Assembly: GCF_009914755.1 (NCBI RefSeq)
Contig: NC_060942.1
DNA length: 64,000 nucleotides
Direction: 5' to 3' (one strand)
DNA from: the human T2T-CHM13v2.0 reference genome, Homo sapiens
In this document: piece after piece, positions 56,540 through 64,000 of the stretch
Layout of the letters: each line of letters starts with the position of its first letter
How positions within the stretch are numbered: position 1 is the stretch's first letter
Program-made: the position numbers and the translations under genes
Notes under the pieces: generated by a model
The model's input: only the letters and a program-made list of their open reading frames with translations
Database searches by the model: none
What the model was told of the DNA's origin: nothing

Positions 56540-56872
56540 GCAGTCCCCAACCTTTTCGGCACCAGGGACTGGTTTCATGGGCGACAGTTTTTCTAAGGGT
56601 GTGGGAGATTGCGGGGGATGGTTTTGGGATGAAACTGTTCCACCTCAGATCATCAGGCATTAGATTCTCATAAGAAGTATACACAACCTAGACCCCCCAC
56701 GTGCACAGTTCACAGTAGGGTTCGCCTTCTTAGGAGAATCTAATACTGCTGCTGATCTGACAGGAGGTGGAGCGCAGGTGGTAATGCTCGCTCGCCTGCT
56801 GCTCACCTCCTGCTGTGTGGCCCAGTTCCTAACAGGCCATGGACCCTGCGACCCAGGGGTTGGGAACCCCTG
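56540..56872 (+). mobile_element. MER1B (hAT-Charlie), inserted in an old antisense L1 fragment
   Basis: CAGTCCCCAACCTTTTCGGCACCAGGGACTGGTTTC...GGGGTTGGGAACCCCTG. Confidence 0.9.
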
Positions 56873-57412
56873 CTTTAGTGAACATCTTTATACACGTTTT
56901 TACGCACATGTGCAAAACATTGCTGGGGTATATGTCTAGTTGTGGAATTGTTTTGTCTAGGGATCAATGATACTATACGTAGGCAAATCTCTCTCCAAGA
57001 GTTTTTACAGGGGCTTATAGTTTTCTGTCCTGTGTATGATATGATACAATTTAAGATGTAAAAAGACTCCAGAAGAAGAAATGAATATACCCTGTATATT
57101 TACGCAGTGTAAATAACGGGTGTGCCTAATGACATTTAGGGTCCCGGGGTTTTTTCAATTAGCTAGTCCTTTATTGAGCATTTCCTGTGTACTGAAGCAT
57201 TGTGGAAGTTTCTGGAGCAATTTGAGAGCAGATACCATGACTCTCATAAAAATGTCTGTGTTCAGTGCCTGCAGAGCAGTACATTTTGGGGATAAAATCA
57301 ATGAAACTATGTGGGGGAAATAAGGTCTGGTCCCTACTCACAAGAAATTTAGAGTCTAGCTAGGATTATATAATATACATATATGAAAGATACACATTAA
57401 TGAATCAGACTA

Positions 57413-57670
<258 letters not shown>

Positions 57671-58343
57671 CTAATCAGTGACACCATTCTTTTTTCCCTA
57701 CCCCTCCTTTCCCCATCTTGGAATTAAACATTGAGAGAATCAAGTTGTTAGAGCATTCGGCAACAGAAAAATACAATTAAAGGGATAGGAACAACTCAGG
57801 GTTTTCTGGTCATGAACCAGGTTGGAGACACTGAGGCCAGATGCCCCATGGGAGGCAGGGCGCCCTACATGTGTCTTGAAGCCCTTCCCGTCTGCCGCCT
57901 GGGCTGTAGTTGCTCAACACGAGGCTGCAAGTGTGTGTTTCCTGCTATCCCACATTCAGAGCTTTCACACATTTCATGAAGCATCTCATATTCAGAGCTC
58001 ACTGAAGTCTCTTACTGCACCATTAACTATTAAATCCATAAAGTCCCTGAGCAAAGGCACATGGGAAGACGAAGGTTTGCCACCAGGGCAGTTCTTGGGA
58101 TGGAGAAAATCTCAGGGATATGGTATTAAGCTCATTCACAGCAGGCTCAAGAGTGAACAAGTAGTTTTGCATCTGCAAAGGGTTTCTCTAATTCCTACCA
58201 GCTCAAACATTTAGCATTGCACAGGCAGGACAGCATTTTAACTTCTTGCCAAAAGTCTCTTTACTACCGCGGATTGGATTTTTCACCTATGGGAATTAAA
58301 CTTCTCTTCTATAATGGCAGTTGGCTGAAAGAGCATTTGTGTA

Positions 58344-58347
<4 letters not shown>

Positions 58348-58380
<33 letters not shown>
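58348..58380 (+). repeat. (TG)n microsatellite, about 16 units
   Basis: Direct read. Confidence 0.95.
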
Positions 58381-58382
<2 letters not shown>

Positions 58383-59259
58383 AATAACCAGTTTTGTTAG
58401 AGCCGTAGTGCAAACCCAGGAACATTGGTTTCTTTCTCTGTACACAGCACGGGGGCAGGTTACAGAGAGGACATCATGGAAAAAGTCAGACTCTTTCTAG
58501 GATTTGAATCGGGAGTCTGAAGAGGAGAGGGGTGGATGTGCAGAGGCTGCGAGGCAAAGATCAGTGATGTGGGGTGGTTAAGGGCTTGCACATTTGCTGA
58601 CCTGGACCAGAGAACCTGCTTGGAAGAAGTGAGAAGCCATGCTAGCGAAGGCCAGGAGCTTGCAGGGGCTCAGAGCCTGGCAGTTGCATTAGTTTGCTGT
58701 GATGCACAGTGCAAAGAGGTGGCTGGTCAAGGACCAGTGGCATGGTGAAGTGTCTCCAGGGTGCACCGCTTTTGCGGCAGTTTAGTATGGACAGAGTCTG
58801 GGCAGGCTCAGTGTAGCAAGCCTGTCATGAGAGGTGAGGACCAAGGTGGAGGTTGGTGTGACAGGAACAAGGAAAGGGAAGAACATAGAGCAGGAACACA
58901 GGAGAACAAAGAAAGGTCAGGACCGTCAGCCTCCAAAGGCCACTGAGGAAGAGGGGCCATCCACTGGAATGGAAAACGAAGACGTACCTGTGGGGAAAGG
59001 ATCTTAAATTCAGTTTAACAGAGCAGGCCTTCAGCAAATACAAGAATTCTTAATTTCAGGTAGGAAGATATTAGCAGTGTCTTCTAATATTTGTTTTCGG
59101 AAAGATTTATGTCATTTTAGTTCACACAACTCTGTCTGCCAGCATCATTAACTTACCTAACTTGTTTAGAAACAAAAATGCTAACAGCACCACTGAGACC
59201 TTGCTAGTCTAAGTGTGCTTTGGAGACCATTGGCATCAGCACCATTTAGGCACTTGTTA

Positions 59260-59706
<447 letters not shown>

Positions 59707-60162
59707 TTAAAAATAAAATTATAACTTAAAATATTATGGCATATTCAGTTTTGTTTTGTGAAAGGCTGTAATAAATACCCAAAATACCATTTTAAAAGTG
59801 CTTATATGATTAGTTATAGAATTGATGATTTAGCAAGAAATACATAGTTTTCACTGTCTGTATTTCTACTCTGGAACGTAAACTCCGTGGGAAGGGCCTC
59901 ATTCCACTGCCTGCAATGGAGTTGGCATACACAGGTGCTCAAAAAATGTTTGTGAAATTTTGTACAAGTAAATAGATGAAATTTAATTATATATTGGGGT
60001 TTTAAATTACTTCTTCTGTGTGCACATTTTAAAACTATGCCTTATGTTGATCAAATAAAAACTTTAAATTATAAAGATAAATGCTTATTCATTGATAAAG
60101 TAGAAGGAAAGAAAAATACATATATAGAAAAATCACCCTTTACTCCCACTACTTACAGATAA

Positions 60163-60595
<433 letters not shown>

Positions 60596-61323
60596 TAACT
60601 AGTTTATTGTATGTGCCAAGCTTCAGACTAGACATTTGGGATACTTTTCTTGTTTACTGATTATATCCACATAAGGCAGTATAATTACATCACATTTTCA
60701 CATGAGGAAATGCAAGTTGAGAGTTTGTCTATCTTGCTAATAGTCATAGATTTAGTCCAGGATCAACTTGAGATTTTAACTTGGTAGCGTTTTCTAGAGC
60801 CTGTGCTTTTTCCAGCACACCAGAGTAAGCATTACCTTAGTTATGACTTTTTGTTACAAAATAATATTTTGCTAGGTGAATATGTTTAATTTGGCTAACA
60901 GTCTGTATTCCTCAATATTCTAGTTATTCTTGTTTCTCAATACTGCATATAATACTACTATGAATGTTTTTGCATAGAAATTTTTTCTATATTCTTCTTA
61001 GGATAGATTCTTAGAAACATTTTTAAGTCTCTTGAAATGTAGAGAACTTTCCAAAAGATTTGCACCAATTTTCATTCCCACCACTCACTGTAAATATTAT
61101 ATTGTATATTTGAATGCATATAGGCAAAGCAATATGCTTTTTTCATGCTTCCACAGAAAAAATACATTTAAACGTATTTTATTTTTGCTTCAAATAATGA
61201 CTTTTGTTTCACTTAATTTAATTGACTTTTGTTACTGAAATACTTAACTTTCCCTAAATATCAGCTCTGTAGTACATAGAATGTTAGCATGACATTCATA
61301 TTCTGCCCTGCTCAGAACTTTAG

Positions 61324-61691
<368 letters not shown>

Positions 61692-62139
61692 TAATATCAG
61701 AATTCTTCATAAACTGTGGGGGTTTTATGGTTATACAACCCAGTTATTCAACTTTAATGTGTATTTAATAGCACTTCTTCTCAAAAATCATAAGATGTCA
61801 TTCTTAGACTATTGTATAGTGTTTCTTTCTTTCCTTTTCTCCCTCCCTTTCTTTTTTCCTCCTTCCTTCCCTTTCTGTCTGCCTTCCTCCCTCCCTTTAT
61901 TTCTTTTTGGTAGCAGGAAAGCAGATGACATACAGAGAGGAAAACCTATGCTTGTAACAACAGCAAAACCAACCAAACTGACCTTTACTTATATATAGCT
62001 TACTTTGATACTTTAATAAAACTTTTGAAGAAGGAAGTATCTCTTACTGCTAATATTTGAAGTCATAACAGATCATTATAAAATATAACAGCTCTGTATT
62101 GAAGACAGTTCCGTAGAGGAGATAACAAAAATATATGAA

Positions 62140-62246
62140 CCTGATGTGAGTATTACACATTGTATGCCTGTATCGAAACATTTTGTGTGCCCCATAAATA
62201 TATACACCTATGTACTCATAAAAATTAAAAATTAAACATTAAAAAA
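62140..62246 (+). mobile_element. L1MA extreme 3' end fragment
   Basis: CTGATGTGAGTATTACACATTGTATGCCTGTATCGAAACA..CCCATAAATATATACACC plus A-rich tail. Confidence 0.8.
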
Positions 62247-64000
62247 GTATATGAAAGAAGGAACACTGTCTTATTCATTTAGCCATGTTTATTTTATACA
62301 TGGCATGTTTATTTGTAGTATAGCTTTCTCAAATATAATCACAGTTGCTTTAATATGGCAAAAATGCATTCTGTTATTAAAACAGAGCCTGTTATACGTA
62401 GGTTTTATCTATTATATGTATGATTTTTGTGGTCTAATAGTGCCTCTACTAGAATGGAAATTTAAAAATAGCATTTATAGTTTAATAATTTGCGTGAGAC
62501 TAATAAACCAGCGAATTTGGAAAACGCATACACGTGTGTGCCTTCCAAAATGTGCTATGAAGTTTTGCCATTTTGAAATACTTGATAAACTATAGGACAC
62601 TAATATATAATTGCATAAGCAGTTAAGGACTCGTGAGAATGAACTGATTTTGTTAAAATTTAAATTTTAAATACCCTATTTCTGACTTCTTTAAATAAAT
62701 GAGGTGTTTTTATGCCCTGCCTTTTTTTGCATTTATGCAAGGCTGCCCATAGCCTGAAGGCAGGGGCCAGTTATGCCTGTATGAGTAGGAAATTAAAGGC
62801 CTTTACTATTCTGATTTGAAATTTTGAAAGAAGGACATGGTAAGTATTTGAGATAAATGTATATTTTTGGTTAAAACATGTAACTTTTTTTTTCCTATCT
62901 CTATTCTTCTGAAATAGAATTAGTTTTATATAGCTTTGAGAAAATATTGCTTTCTTTTTGTGCACTCTGCTCCTGTTCATTAAAAAATTATAAGTGCTAT
63001 ATTTACCTTTTAAGGTAACGTTTTCATAGGAAGTAGCAGCGATTGCTGTTTTGAGGTTGTTTTTCTTAAGTGGGCTTTTCAAAGACTAGAAGTTATTTTT
63101 AGGCTGAGGTTGGCAATCAGTGTGTAGGTAGAAAAATAGATTTGTTATTTTCCATTGTAGAAATATATTCTTTGAAACACTGTATTTACTTTTTAAATTG
63201 GTAAAATTTAACAATACAGTTATGGAATGAATATGTCAATACATGATTATGTGGTTCTTAAGACGCGTTGGCCAACTCAAGAGAAAATTTTATAATTATG
63301 ATAGGACTCCTAGCTCTTATAAGAAGTGGCCTTTATAATGCCACCTTTAGTACTTTTCAGCATTCTACAGGTGGACAATTCAAGAACTATATTTGTAAAA
63401 TAATGTTTTAAAGAGAGCCAACGGTAAAGGCAGGAAATCACTCAAAACATTTTGTATGTTCCAGAGACTACTCAAATATTAATCCTGTTTTCAGGAGTAA
63501 CTTCGTAGGCGTGGAAAAGATTTTTGTTTATTTAGACCAATTCATTATTTATTAACTTCATTCAATAAATAGTTACATTGTACCTACTACATGCCAGGCA
63601 CTATGTTAGTGAGTTTGTTCACTCAGTCAGCCAGCTCTGTAACATGGAAAGAAATGGGAACAATTTCACCTATCTCATAGCCACCTGAAATAGCTCAGCA
63701 TAGATAGTTTTCTGTTCATTTGCTTCTCAGGCTGTTCCCTCACTCACTCATTCACTCATTCATTTGCTTATTCATCAAGTACCCATTGAGGGCATTCTGG
63801 GTGCTGAACCCTGTGCTGGGTAGGCACTGTGCGGGTGTGAGTTGTGTTCTGAAGGGTGAAGGCTGAGGATCTTGAGAGCCCAGAGGAGGGATCCAGCCCG
63901 ACCCGAGGGACCAGGAAGAGTGGTCTGGAACCAGCACCCTTTGGACCTAGGCTAGAGGCCGAGCAGGAACCATTGAGGAGAGAGGCAGGAGGTCAGTGGC

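Overview
Hominid (human-like) genomic DNA covering the 5' end of TTC39C (tetratricopeptide repeat domain 39C; 18q11.2 in human). A CpG island at about 28.3-29.8 kb contains the first coding exon (ATG 29166, donor after 29332; [56 protein letters not shown]). The rest of the window to the right is intron 1; the canonical exon 2 was not found. Two further exon candidates are visible. One is a distal non-coding first exon ending at a strong donor at 7297. The other is an intronic terminal exon at 34156 whose acceptor comes from a MER58A DNA transposon and which would give a 76-aa truncated isoform. Much of the window is interspersed repeat (over 30 Alus, L1, L2/MIR, MaLR/ERV LTRs, hAT/Tigger/mariner elements), and almost all ORFs in the supplied track are repeat- or GC-content artefacts. 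The most unusual structure is a ~97%-identical ~190-bp inverted duplication (34728-34923 / 36398-36593) with template-switch-like scars at its ends, just downstream of the transposon-derived terminal exon. I found no convincing new multi-gene system. Repeat boundaries and subfamily names were called by eye and are approximate.
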